A stretch of 64,000 bases of DNA from Octopus sinensis (Eukaryota), in NCBI RefSeq assembly GCF_006345805.1, contig NW_021834470.1, positions 1 to 64,000 of the forward strand, read 5' to 3'. Of this stretch, positions 50,136 through 63,171 are shown one piece after another. Numbering within the stretch: the stretch's first letter is position 1; every line of letters starts with the position of its first letter. The translations under genes and the position numbers were made by a program. The notes below the pieces were generated by a model. The model searched no databases, had not been told where the DNA came from, and was given only the letters and a program-made list of their open reading frames with translations.

Positions 50136-50264
50136 TGTAAGAGCAAGTGGGAGTAAGTCTTTCGTCAGGTTAGCGATCAGATGGCATTAAGGGGTTCCTG
50201 GTGGTTCGCCTTCAATAAAAAGAAGGCATCAGCTAAGGGTTTAGAACAGTAACGTCTTTTATAA

Positions 50265-50540
50265 CTGTCTGTGTTCAATGAGCATACTTTTAAGCGTGCT
50301 CTTCAGCATAACCGAGTGTATTTCCTAGTTCCTTATTTAATGGATAACTTATTAATGACTTTTAAATAACTTTTAAACAACTCCATCCCATGTCAAGACA
50401 ATTTGAATACCTTTACTTTTGGTTAATCGAGATTGATAGTTCGTTTACAAGAAGGTCTTATTTGTGAATTTTTTGCCACTTCAACTTAGTTAAACCATCT
50501 TATAAGGTAATGCCAACTTCGATTAAATTAAGTTCTTTTT
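50265..50540 (-). mobile_element. Decayed R4-like fragment (right arm)
   Basis: Mirror of 15235-15510. Confidence 0.65.
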
Positions 50541-50981
50541 TGAGCACCGCGAACGAGATTTACTGGAAAAACCAAAGTGTAATATCCGGAACTCTAACTG
50601 CAAAGAATAGAACCAACAAAGATTCAAAAGAACGTTTCATGTAAACGCAGCGCTGGCCATATGCTCTAAAAGATCTCATCAGAAGAGCCTTAGAAGTCGC
50701 CGGAATCCCGTCCATATTCGAGCCCACTAGGATCGACCAAGAGGCCCTTTGATGGAGGTCTGAATAATTCGATCTCTCTTAACGCTGTCAAAAGCGTTTT
50801 TGAAATCGAGTTTAACAGCGATTTAGAAAATAATCTATATAAGACTGATTGTGTTCCTCAATTTGTCGAGTAAAAAGATGTTTGGCTTGTTACCAACCTC
50901 GGAAACTAAAACTTATAATTTTTATAAACAGTTTAATCAAAATAACAACGTCAGGAAGTGAGCTGCAAGCGCGACGGGGCA

Positions 50982-51982
50982 GGAGTTATAGCCCAGTCGA
51001 ACGGATTGCTTGCGCGTTCCCGCGCACGATTGCGAGCGAGATCCTCTGCCTCAGCCAAGAGGACTCGCGAGCATCCATTTTCTTCCAAGCAATGAGGATA
51101 CCAAGGTCTTTCATGAAGCTTGAGGTGAGCGGACCGGAAGCGCCTGATGTCTCAAAAGCCAGAGACACGAAGGAATGCAGAGTGGCAAGATTCTTGTACT
51201 TTTCGACTTTGGGGGCTTCCGCCAAAGAAGATGAAAATGCAGATGGCCGAACCAGAAGAAGATGTAGATAATAAAGCGGTGGCATCCCAGATCAGGCAAT
51301 TGCCATTCCGGAATAGGAAGGTGGTCATCCCATCCGGGCGTTTGCCGTCCTTTCTGTCCAATCCGGCTGGTTCTAGCACGTTGTGGAAGCTAGCAGCGTT
51401 GAGTGCTCTTGAGATTACGTCGTTGATTGCTCTATGGCGAGGCGAGCGGCCTGCGCTTCGGCGGCAGGAGAGGGGGTGAAGGCCTTTCACGTCCACCGTA
51501 CCTCTACATCGGCAGGGATGAGGGGCGCAGACATCAAGTCTCAGCCGAAGAACAACCTCGATACGCAGTGTTTCGTTGTCTAATAGGGAACTCGTCGATG
51601 ACGTTGGGTAAGCGTCGAGCCAGAATCCACTATGCTCGTGTGCTGCAGCAAGCAAGCACGCTTGGCGGTGTTTGTCCAAGGCCGGTTGGAGCGTAGAGAA
51701 CGAGTGTGATGCCCAGTTCTCGTCCCAATCCCTTGTCAGGACATCTCAGAAAGGATCTGAAGGTTGGAGTTTGTCCAGAATTCCAGGAGGTCGGCAGTCG
51801 GCAAATCCAGAGAGAGTTTTGAAGGGGAGTAGAACTTCTCGGACAAGTTGTCGGCTCCTGGAAATCGAAGAGAAATGTGCGTGTGGCGCCAGATCTTTAT
51901 GCAAGCGAAGACCGACCCCTCCGAACCTGACGGGGAGTTTTCCTGGCGTCCAACCGATTTCGTCAAAGGAAATAATCAAAAC
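50982..51982 (-). mobile_element. CRE-like 3' fragment (right arm, locally diverged)
   Basis: Mirror of 13790-14790; 15 amino-acid differences over the 175-aa ORF. Confidence 0.85.
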
Positions 51983-52171
51983 TGCTTCCGAAAATCTTTT
52001 CATTAACAATCTGATCAAACTTTAAGAGCTCGCATATATAGATTTATATTATAGATTAAATTTTGTACGATAGAATAATAATCAATCGAAAACAATGTAT
52101 GCAGGTCAATTTCCGAAATGTAATATCCGGATCTCAAACTGCAAAGAATAACACTAACAAAAAAGAAACTA

Positions 52172-54183
52172 ATTAACTAAGTAATTTTACTAACTAAGTC
52201 CAGAGCCTTCGAAGTGAGCAGAAGGTGGCACTCCACGCACCTCCTCCCCTTCCTTCTCTTCTTTTCTGGCACTGTAGACCTTCGAGAAGGTGCAGTCCAG
52301 CGCCTCTCGCTGACTAAACGTCAGGAAAGGGTTGGATCGGCGAGCATCAAACGAGACACTTTCCAGAGTCCTCTTAAGAACAGTTGACTGTATATAAGCC
52401 TGTAGAGACTTATCTACATCCAACTGTCTTAAGTACCGCTTGTGGTATTTGGTGACCAGTCCATCCCATGTCATCACACACGGGATGACATGGACTTTGC
52501 ATTGGTGCATCAGTCCTAGCTCGTTTGCAAGGAGGTCATACTTCCTCCTTTTCTCCACTTCCACTATCTGCAAACGGTCTAGCCACGTGATGCCCACCTC
52601 CACGATAACAATCTCCCCGGTGACCTTATCGTGGACCACAATGTCGGGTCTGTTGTGCTGGACAACAATCGAGGTGCGTATGGGGGTATCCACCTTAATG
52701 CACACCCGCGAGTTCTCACACACCGATTGAACTCGATGGGTTCGCAACTTTCTGGACCGCCTCAAGCCATACTTATTGCAGAGCAAAAGATGGAGGGACC
52801 TCACCACCTCGTTATGCCTCCATGTGTAATCATGGTAAAGCATACTCCCGCACTTCGTGGCTAAATGGTCAACGGTCATTGCCTTACTTTTACAGTGGTT
52901 ACACTGTTTCCGTTGACCATTAATAAAGTTTCTATCCTGCAAATATGAGAACAACCCTTCTGATCGGGGAGAGTTATTTCCATATTTCAGCCACGTAGAT
53001 GACTACGATACGTCAATGTGCGGGTTGTCCAGGCTGCTAAAGAGAGTCTTGTGAAGGACTTTTAAGTTGATCTTTTTAATTAAAGCCTCCTTTTGAAGTT
53101 TGATCAACTCCTTCACATTAACTTGGTAGCACCTAGACCATACTTAGCCGACACATAGCCTTTTATGGTTCCTAGGTGTGTACCACGCGCTTTATCAGCA
53201 GCAAGGATGGCAGCCTTCCTTTGGGATACACTCGACCCACTCCACAAGGTGTTGTGCATCTTAGTAAGAATTCGCTCACTTAAGTGTACGATGTTACTCA
53301 GTCCACGTCCTAGCTGCCCGCGAGACAAGTATAATCTCTCTTTATTGCTTGCCAACACGTGGACATGATTCTCTCGGAGTACTCTTAGGACAATAAGGTC
53401 CATTTCATCGTACTCACTCGGCTCGAATTTGACCAGGCCAACGTAGTAGTTTAGCAATGAGATGGCTTACTCGTTCAATGCATGAAATAAGTTCCATGCA
53501 TTGAGCCGAGTCTTACATAACATTGCCGCCCTACTACGCACACCCTCCACTACACACTTTCTCGTTTCGGGTGTGATTAATGAGGCTGGAATCTCAACCA
53601 CACCAAGATACTTATACCCTTGGTGTTCCTCTAAGACTTTGACTAGGTCACCGCACACAGGGGTGTTAGTCGCCGACCAGTTGTAGTTGAGCTCCAACCC
53701 CACGGCCTTCATGAAACCTTTCAGGACTTTGCCCATCGAGTGGAGGATCTCTGAAGACCAAGCGAACAGCTTAATGTCGTCTATGAACATGAGATGGTGG
53801 TGCTAAAACACCCTCCTTCATGTTCGATCGACATTTGTTCGAATTGGGCAGTGAGGACTCTACTCAGCGGTTCTAGGCAGAGGACGAACAGCAGCGGAGA
53901 CATGCTGTCGCCCTGTAATATGCCCCTCTCTAGCTTCACCTCGCCTATATCGCATTTGTTGTAATGTAGATGCACGTTCCACCTGTCCATCACAGTTGCA
54001 ACAAATTTGATACACCACATTGGCAACTTAAGCCTTCGCAGACACTCAACGAGGTAAGCATGATCAACCGAGTCATATGCCTTCTTCACATCCACCACAT
54101 CGACACTAGTGAGTTTCCATGGGCTCTCGCGAGGCATTGTTGATCAGTGCCTGCTCCTTAGCTCCCCTAACTAGCTAACAAAC
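52172..54183 (-). mobile_element. R4/Dong-like retrotransposon (right arm)
   Basis: Mirror of 11600-13600. Confidence 0.9.
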
Positions 54184-54344
54184 GACGGTGAAATACTACG
54201 ATTGCTTTTTTAATTGGTAAAAAATCTTGTTGAAATAACAAAAAGTATATTATTCCGTAAATTAGAGTTATATCGTTTGAAAAATTTATTTTTTTCTAAT
54301 AGTTTACTTTTTTGCATCGGTTTATAATTATGTTTATTTAGAGA

Positions 54345-54630
54345 ATTATTTGGCCGGTGGAAATTATTTGGCCACATTTTGCGAATGGACCCCAGAGCTC
54401 CGGCCAATCGGGCAATGGACGATTATTTCTCCGAACATGAAGACAAATATCGTGGAAGACCTAGATCCACTCTTTCGGCAGTTCTTGAAAAGGATTTCAA
54501 ACTTCATGGCAAAAGTTTCAAAAATTGGGACGACCTAGAATCTTTGCGGGATCTCGCCCGCAACAGAAGGGCATGGACAAGGATGGTCCAGAAGATTGTT
54601 TCGTTTGTGACACGTTGGAATTATAACTTT
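54345..54630 (+). mobile_element. RTE-like 3' end (right arm)
   Basis: Mirror of 11150-11440. Confidence 0.75.
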
Positions 54631-56166
54631 GTTTATGTTCCTACGGAATGTGTTATAATAATAATATTTAGAGAATTAGTAAAGGTCTCGCGTTTTATGC
54701 AGAAAATGTACATCTATTTTTAAATTTTAAAATAATGAAAATATCCGAACTTGGTCGATAATGCTAAAAAATGCATCAGTCTTTGGAAAAACGTATGATG
54801 TGTAGATCTTTTCAGTAAACTTATGAGAATAAAAAGTAAGTATCGAAATCGAATAACTAGTGAACACCTAATTCAACTTTACGAACTTTGTCTTTGAACT
54901 TTACCCCCTTTTCAATAAAATAATAGACGCCAAGCAAAACATTGATTCTCTTATTAACTATAAAGCCTTTTTTGATCAAATAAAATATTTTTTTGTGCGG
55001 CCCAGAATGATACTCATAATTATCGATTTACTCCTTAAGCTAAAAAGATTGAGAACTCATCCTCTTAATTATTGATCTGGCACTTGAGCTAAAATGTTGA
55101 GAATCACTGTTAGACATAAAATCGGACTGCAGGGTACTGTTTTATTAGTGTGGCACATGAAGTTTGCAACCTGCATGTTTGACATTCCTCGTCTAAGATG
55201 TCTATGTTTGATAGTAGAGCCATCCGCATCGGTTGTGCCTGCTGAAGGGAGAGCTTTTTCCATCATGTTAAAGTCCACTGCTTCAGAAAGACTGACTAAC
55301 TCGAAAACAGCTGAGTTTGTGCGTTGGGTTAGAGTTCCTTTTGTTTGGTCATTTTTAGATTTTAGGAGCGGTATAGTCCCATCCTTCCGCATTAAGATAA
55401 AACATGCTTAACCCAAGCTCTGCCATGACTTCTCTGAAAATAGTTTTGTCTGTGTATTTAAGCGTTGACCCAAAAATCCTTTATTTTTTTAAATCATAAA
55501 GAGCAGCGCATTTTTTTAATGTTTACTTTCTTAATATCAATATTGTTTAGTGGAAATACCCTGCTTTTTTAAATCTTCTATCGCTTCATTTGTAAAGTCA
55601 GATTGGGAGGAAAATAATAAGGTCTCGTTTGTAGTAGATAAACTTGATGGAAAATATACGATGTATTTTTTAGAAACGAATGATAAAATTTTTGATTTTA
55701 CTCCTCCAGAAATGAATTCATTTATTTTAAAAGAACGAATAAAAAAGGGAGTACACAAGTCAAAATATGATTTTGAATTAAGAAATAAGATATAATTGAA
55801 TAAAAACAGTTTAGGTTAGAATTTTAAAAGATTGTGGGGACGAATCTGTCATAGAAACTACACAGATTTGACTTCCCATATGAAGAAAAGGGAAAAATAA
55901 AAAAAATATAATGTCTAATAACAGATTAATGGGAGAGAAACTACACTTTAGATAAAAAATTTCAAATTTTATCTAGAAAAAAGTGATGAGACTATTAAGG
56001 AAATATGGATTTTTCTACAATAAGATATGAATGATTATCCTTCTTTACTTCTTTTTGTTGGTAGCTTCTTTTTACCTGAAAATGATTGATTAGCTGTAAT
56101 TTCAATGAAAATGATTAATGGATTCTGATTAATGTAAATACATTTTCATTTTGTGCTTCTTATTAA

Positions 56167-56380
56167 AAATATCATGTCGACAAGGAAAGAGCATTCTTTG
56201 GACCTAAAACAAAGAGTTGTAACAGCCTACCAAAAAGGTAAAAAATATGAAGAGATTTTTAAACTGTTAACATTACCAGGAATTACTGCTTGGTATATTA
56301 TTACTTGATGAAAACAACACGGAACTGTTATGAATCTCTGTAGATTGGTTGGTAGAAAAGTTTCTGTTCATAGCGTCAAA
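56167..56380 (+). mobile_element. Tc1 N-terminal fragment (right arm)
   Basis: Mirror of 9410-9620. Confidence 0.7.
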
Positions 56381-56426
56381 AACCAACATGCATGTAGCAA
56401 AAAAAAAAATAAAATGATATTTGAAT

Positions 56427-57077
56427 TCAGTAAAGAATTTGACTTGTATACCGATGACACCTACAAATATGAATAGTCATTAGCTGATTTCATCTGAATC
56501 CCTGTCACAACCCTGTCCAAATAGTAGTTGGGAGCATCCCCGGAGTGAATCAAATAACCGTCCACAAATTTAGAACACTTGGCCCTCTGACCGCGAAGTT
56601 TTCCGGACACTTTGACCTCAACTCCGTTTGCACCCGCCCCCATGCACAACTTGATAGTCGAATGGGCTGCCCTCCTCACCGCCAACCCACTTATCAGCTT
56701 GTAACGAATAGACTCCACCTGTGCCACTGCACTAAGCCCTTTATCTTGTAGACGTTCGACAGATATCTTGACTAACTAACAAATGGGATACTTCGATTTG
56801 ATCTGTGGGGAATCCAAAGCGAGAAGATATCAGTCCTTTCATTTCTCTAATCTTCAATCCCCGATCAGCAGCGATTTGGTGCGGCGAGTCGCCATCAGAA
56901 CAATTTCAATCTTCTTTGGATGATGACGAATGGAGACATCCGATAATCCCTCTTCACAAAATATTCTCATCATTGTTGACTTTAGTTCAGTTCTTAGTAG
57001 ACCTTCGGACACAAACTAGTGATATTAAAATATTTGATACTCGTTTCTTCATCGAGAGATTGTCTTGTCCAATAGAA
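56427..57077 (-). pseudogene. RPS3: RPS3 pseudogene (right arm)
   Basis: Mirror of 8710-9360, with the same frameshift and the same CT donor. Confidence 0.9.
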
Positions 57078-57347
57078 CTACAAATGAGAAATTATTCAAA
57101 TGTCGAAAATATAATTAATTTAAACTTTAATTAATTATGATAACAATAAAAGAGTTATTCTGCATGAACAGGTTGAAAAATAAATGTGATTTTCACTTGA
57201 CTTTGACACTTCTTCATTTTTTGAAAGTCATCGTGTAATACAACTGGTAGCGTCATCCTTGGTCGACCACGAAAGCATTCCCTCTCAAACATGAAACAAT
57301 CCTTCATTGCCAGATTAGCTGGGGCAACGAAATTTACACGCAAAATA

Positions 57348-58781
57348 CACCCCTCGACATTAAAATTCGAACACTTAATTTTTAGCAAATTTTTAATAAA
57401 ATAATTTATTGAGCTTCTTTATTTGTATTATTTTAACTATTTATATATTAAATATATATTCGAACATATAATTTTCAAAATTAAAGCAGAAACGTGTTTT
57501 CTAGTGACAAAGAATTCCGAACGGTATTTTGTTCAACTCGCAGAATACAATTTTTATTAGACAGAAATGAATAATTTCAAAAAAAGGACAAATTATATCT
57601 TTATATAATCAAAATTTCTCCTATAAAATGATTTCGGATATCGTAAATATACCGAAGACAACTGTTTGGGACTTTGTTAAAAAATATCTAAAAACCGGAA
57701 TTACGTGCAGAAAGGCTGGATCTGGAAGGCCACCCAAGTTCAGTCAAAATGAAATTAGGATTCTTTTATCATTATCAACTGATAATTTTCGAACCGCAGT
57801 TACCTTGTCTTCAGAAATGGAAAAAAATTACACAAAAAAAGTCTCAGCACGCACAATAACAAGAATTCTAAACTCAAAAGGTTTGTATGGACGAGTTGTA
57901 AAGAAACGACCATTTCTAAGTTCAAAAATATTGCTCTCAGATATGGAATATCTAAAAAATTTCTTGCAATTTCCGACAGCGGATGGAGGAAAGTTATTTT
58001 CTCCGACAAATGTAGTTTTGAACTTTTTTCCCATTCAAGACGAATGTATCAATACAGAAAAAAAGGAAATAAGTTGAGATATGCGAAGATAATACCTAGT
58101 TTTAAGTTTGGTGGAGGGAGGAAAGTTCTTGTTTGGGGCTGTTTTTCGTATTTCGGAATGGGGAAATTAGTTTTTATTGATGGAAAAATGAACTCTGGGG
58201 AATATATTAATATTCTGGCAAATAATCTTGAAGATTCAGCGAATAAAATATTGAGGGATTGAGCGACTATAGTCCTACAAGATAATGCGCCTTGCCACAC
58301 ATCTAAGGCAACTAAAGAATATATGTCGTCTCAAAATATTAATTTGCTCGACTGGCCACCTCAGTCACCTGACATGAACCCAATCGAACACATTTGGGCT
58401 CACATTAAAAACGTTCTTTCAAGTGATACGTCAGAAAGCAGAACAAGTACAAAAATTGATCTAAAGCAAAAAATATCGGAAATTTGGGAAAATATCCCAA
58501 TGGAATTCATCAGAAAACTTGTTAGCTCAATGAAAAATCGTAGTTTGGAAGTTTACAACAGAAAAGGAAGGCATTCAAGCTACTAATTAAATTTTGTTCG
58601 GTTTTTTTGTCATGAAATTCTCGTTTTTTGCTTTATTCTTTAAAATTATATGTTTCAATATATATTTAAATATTAAAATAGTTAGAATAATACAAATAAA
58701 GAAGCTCAGATAAATTATTTTATTGAAAATGATTAAAAATTTGCTTAAAATTAAGTGTTCGAATTTTAATGTCGAGGGGTG
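57348..58781 (+). mobile_element. Full-length frameshifted Tc1 (right arm)
   Basis: Mirror of 7006-8439; TIRs and TA intact. Confidence 0.95.
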
Positions 58782-59416
58782 TATGGCCATCCAGTTTTCA
58801 TTTGGCGTTAGTGATATCCAGGCTTAGAGGCCTACTTGTGCATTTGTAGTAAATTCCAGCATTCGAAATTCTGGCAGGCCAGTGCATAACATAAAATCCC
58901 AAGCTGTTTTTGTAAAACGCACTGAAAGCCGTTGATTTCACACTCATACAGGCACAAGTGCCAAAATTTAACAATATTATCGACTTTAAAAATACATTTT
59001 ACATATGCATCCGTAGATTGACATTGAATTCTTTCAGCCATCCCTTTTGAGTGTTTTATTGCTACTTCAGAAGTGTTGTCCTTTGAGTGTACTTTTATAG
59101 CTCTTGAACTTTAAGCGTCCGAGTCTAAAACATCACATCAATGTGAAATCGATCAAATGAAAACTTCATCAAAAATTTAGCCCCCACCACATTGCATTTT
59201 TAGTGCAAATTGATTTTGCTTAATTTCTCTAAATATAAACATTATGGTTGATTCCAATTGGTCGGAATATCTTAACTCTAAAGTACCAAAAGTTGTTCAA
59301 CAGTGCTTTTTCTTGAATTTTCATTGACCTCTAAATGGCCTTTCCTAATTAAAACCTAACATTATTAAAAGTTTAGTAGAATAAATTCAATTAAATAAAC
59401 ATCCTGGAATCTTTTA

Positions 59417-59498
59417 AAGTGGGCTTCTTCAACGCCTCTCCATTACCGTAATCCGCGGCAACTGTTCCGCAATCCGTGAGGCTGGAAGAGCGCTCTAA
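59417..59498 (+). mobile_element. CRE-like 3' tip (right arm)
   Basis: Mirror of 6289-6370. Confidence 0.7.
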
Positions 59499-59826
59499 AC
59501 AACTTAAACAAACTTTCTCCTTTTCTAACTGTCTTTGATTTAACTTCAAATTTGTAAAAAGAAACGGAGGAATTAAGTCAATCAGAAATAACTGGATCAG
59601 ATTATTTTGAAAACGACGACGATTGTTTAAATCACAAAGTGTATATGAAGATTTAGTTGCAGGAGACAATGTCCTACTGAGACACGATATTTATGAAAAT
59701 CGTAATAATCGAAAATATCCATATCTATGATCAAATAGATTCAACAAAATAACAAATATCCAAAGTTGATAAAAATACATGCGACTTAAAGATATGAATA
59801 ATGATTTATTTAAAAATGTTTACAAA

Positions 59827-60650
59827 TGTTTTTAGTCTAAATGTATTTAATCTACGACCAAACGGTCAGCGAGAGGAATAGGTAAACCATTGAAACTTCA
59901 CTAGACTGATTCTCTGCGGAGATCTAAATGCTAAAAATCCAGTCTGGCTGTCTAATCAATGCCTTGACCAGCGAGGTCTTCACCTAATGTCGCAACTGGA
60001 AGATCTAGTCATACTGAACGACCCTCATACACATACAAGGTGTGCTCTGAGAGCAAACGACACTAATACATCTCCAGATCTCTCCCTCTGCTCCCCATCA
60101 ATCTCCTCCCGCATACATTGGTCAGTGATTTATGATCTCCCGTCAGACCACAACCCAATTCTCATTTCAATTGACCTTCTATCACCTCGTGACATTTTCA
60201 GAAAAACTATCATCAACTACAACCAAGCAAACTGGATCGTCAAGATTCCGCCTATCGTCAAGATACCGAAGCTGCCTTCAAAGGGTTCTCAACAGCAGCC
60301 CATAGCTCACTGGACTCCGCTATCCAATTCTTCACATCAAACTATTGGCGGCTGACAAGAGACACGTACCTAAAGGATTCCACAAACATGCAAAACCATT
60401 ATTTAACCGAGAAATAGTAGAACTCATTCAAAAAAGACGCTTATTGAAAAGGACCAACCACACAAACGTGCATGAATTGTCAGTCTTCAACGAGAAAATC
60501 AACCAGATGATCTCAAAGCATAAGAAAAATAAATGGTCCGAATTCATCTCGTCTCTCGATCACAGAACCAAGCTCTCGCATTTCTGGAGAGTTCTTAAAG
60601 GAATCCATACATTACAATCAGTCGATACAGATCACACGCCTCTGGTCTAA
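59827..60650 (+). mobile_element. APE LINE fragment (right arm)
   Basis: Mirror of 5137-5960. Confidence 0.85.
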
Positions 60651-60786
60651 ACAATAAAAGACAAATAAAATCGTTCAGAGAACAGGCAAACACTATCATG
60701 AATCACTATGCGAAAATCAGTCACATTGGGATGGACAAGATAACCGATGCCAAAAACTCAAACTTAACAAAAACTTTAACCAATAT

Positions 60787-61782
60787 TCGACATATATTCC
60801 CATTTGTTGCCGCACAGTCAAGAGGTGTCCATAAAAATTAGTTTCTGTGTTTATGCAAATAAGCAACCTGGCTTCGATGACTGCGTTATTCTCAATGAGA
60901 AATTTTACTACTTCCTTGTGTCCGTTTAAGGCAGCAAAGTTAAAGGGCATTTATTTTCTCACCGATAGAAACGATTCTACCGACGCCTTTGGACGAAATA
61001 CAGCCTCACAACATTATGACCCACCACCGAGTTTCACAGTAGGGAGAATGTTATTTGAATTATAACGTTCTCTATATCAATGTCGTCACTCTGATATAAG
61101 TTAAATTTGCACTCATCGCAAAAAATTATTGTGTTGAATTCCTCATTCGACATACCCAAACATTTGCTAAAAATGATTTTCTTTTTTCTGCGTTTAGGCG
61201 TCTTAAAAGTGATTTTTAATTGGATTCTTACTAATAAGATCATCGGCTCATTGGAGAACACCTGCCTTTTCGACCCCTGGCTTTCGAGACGAGTTGGATA
61301 ATCGGCCCAAAAGCTCTGGAGTTACGTAAGTCTATTAATATGTGGTTAGTTGATTCCAAGCTATCAAATCAGCCCACTTTATGTAACTTTCAGGTGGCAA
61401 TTGCCTTGATTTCTCCATTTATTGTTTGACCTTAGTGACGTTGTGCATATGATATAAACTTGTTAAAATGAAACCCCAATAGACTTAAAGTGCACTGCAA
61501 ACCGCTTTTATTGTAACATAATTAAAGCCTACTTCGTCCTACAGCTGAAAACAACTTTTTATTTTTTGTTCGCATTTTAGCCCAATTACTAAAAAAATTA
61601 GTTTCTGTGTTCATGCAAATAAGCAACCTGGCTTCGATGACTGCGTTATTCTCAATGAGAAATTTTACTACTTCCTGTGTCCGTTTAAGGCAGGCAAGTC
61701 AAGGAGCGTATTGGAGTTTTCGTCTTCGCCGTAGATCAACCATGTTTGCAAGGATTTTGACAACACTGCTGTTTCCGTTTAA
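60787..61782 (-). pseudogene. Two ankyrin (TRPA1-like) fragments flanking a Tc1 fragment (right arm)
   Basis: Mirror of 4005-5000. Confidence 0.7.
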
Positions 61783-62269
61783 TAAAATACTTTAAAAATC
61801 GATTTTTACTTCTGAATGCATTCAATGTCATTTTTGAGAGTACAGTTGGTTATGACAATGTGTAGATAACTAAACACGACTTTTGACACCTCAACAATCT
61901 TGATCGCAGTTCTTTGTATCCTTATTTCAGCTATCTGAACCATCGCAGAAATATGCGCTCTAATATTTACACTGTTTATAAGCTACTAGGTAGAATTGTG
62001 TTTTAATTAAAATAATGTTTGTTTGCATTAATAAATTATCTTAATTTTTTGTTATCCAATTATTAATAGAAAACTAATAAATTATGCCTGTGTAAAACGT
62101 GGTTGACATACCTTGTTGTTTTGTTACATTATTTGGTCGATCTTTATTTTTTATTTAATTGGATTCAGAAGGGATATTTGCGATGTAGTTTCTTTTAATG
62201 ATTAAATTAACTGAAATTTCATCATTTTGTAATATTGTAAGTTTATTCCTTCAATCTGTATATTCTACT

Positions 62270-62886
62270 TTTTTTTTTTTGAAGTAACAAATATTTAATT
62301 AAAATGGGGAATAAGTTATACACGAATTAATAAAGAGCCTGGAGGTCAGCTCAAAGTCGCCGCACTGCGTATCGAGTGGCAGTTTCCGCGGAGCTGCGAC
62401 CGAGATTCGCTGGAAGAGCCAGCTCGTCTCCCTCCGGTCGTTGTCTTCTTGGCGATTCTCCTGGCAATGTCGGCAAGAAGGCGAGTCGCAGACCTGCCGA
62501 CAATTCCAGATGTTTCGAAGGCGAGGGGGACAAACTCGTAAGAGTCCAAATATTTCCATACTTCGACCTCTTAGCCTCCTCAGCCTGAGCACTGGCGGAA
62601 CCCGGGTTAGTGATGGACTTGAGTAACACCGACGCGGAGAACGAGTCAACACAAGTTGCGTCCCAAATCAGGGACTTGCCTTCCCTGAAAGGGAAGGTAG
62701 TCATCCCGTCAGGTCGATTTCCATCACTCCGGCAGAGACCGACTGGCTCTAGAGTGGAGGGGAAACCTGCCGACTCTAGAGCCCTTTTCACGACGTCATT
62801 GAGGTGAGTGTGGCGAGGAATTCTGCCAGCACTCTTCTTGCACGAGAGGGCGTGCAAACCGTTCGGAGAGATCGTGGACCCGAAAT
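62270..62886 (-). mobile_element. CRE-like 3' fragment (right arm)
   Basis: Mirror of 2900-3516; 190-aa ORF identical. Confidence 0.85.
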
Positions 62887-63171
62887 ATCTACTTATTTTG
62901 AAATTTTGAAAATTGAATTTCATCCTATTTTAATAAAATTTTTATTCTTTATAACAGAATTTTATTTATGACGAAGAGATTGAATTATTTTTCTTTTAAA
63001 TCTTTAAGCTTTTTTTAAACTTTAATTTTTCTTTTAAATCTTTTTATCTACATAAAAGTTGTGAATCAATAATTTTTCCCACTTTCAATCTCTCCGTTAA
63101 TTACCGCAAAACCGTCCTTAAATACTGTTTGCGATTATCTGACTAACATTATCTGACAACTATAAATACTC

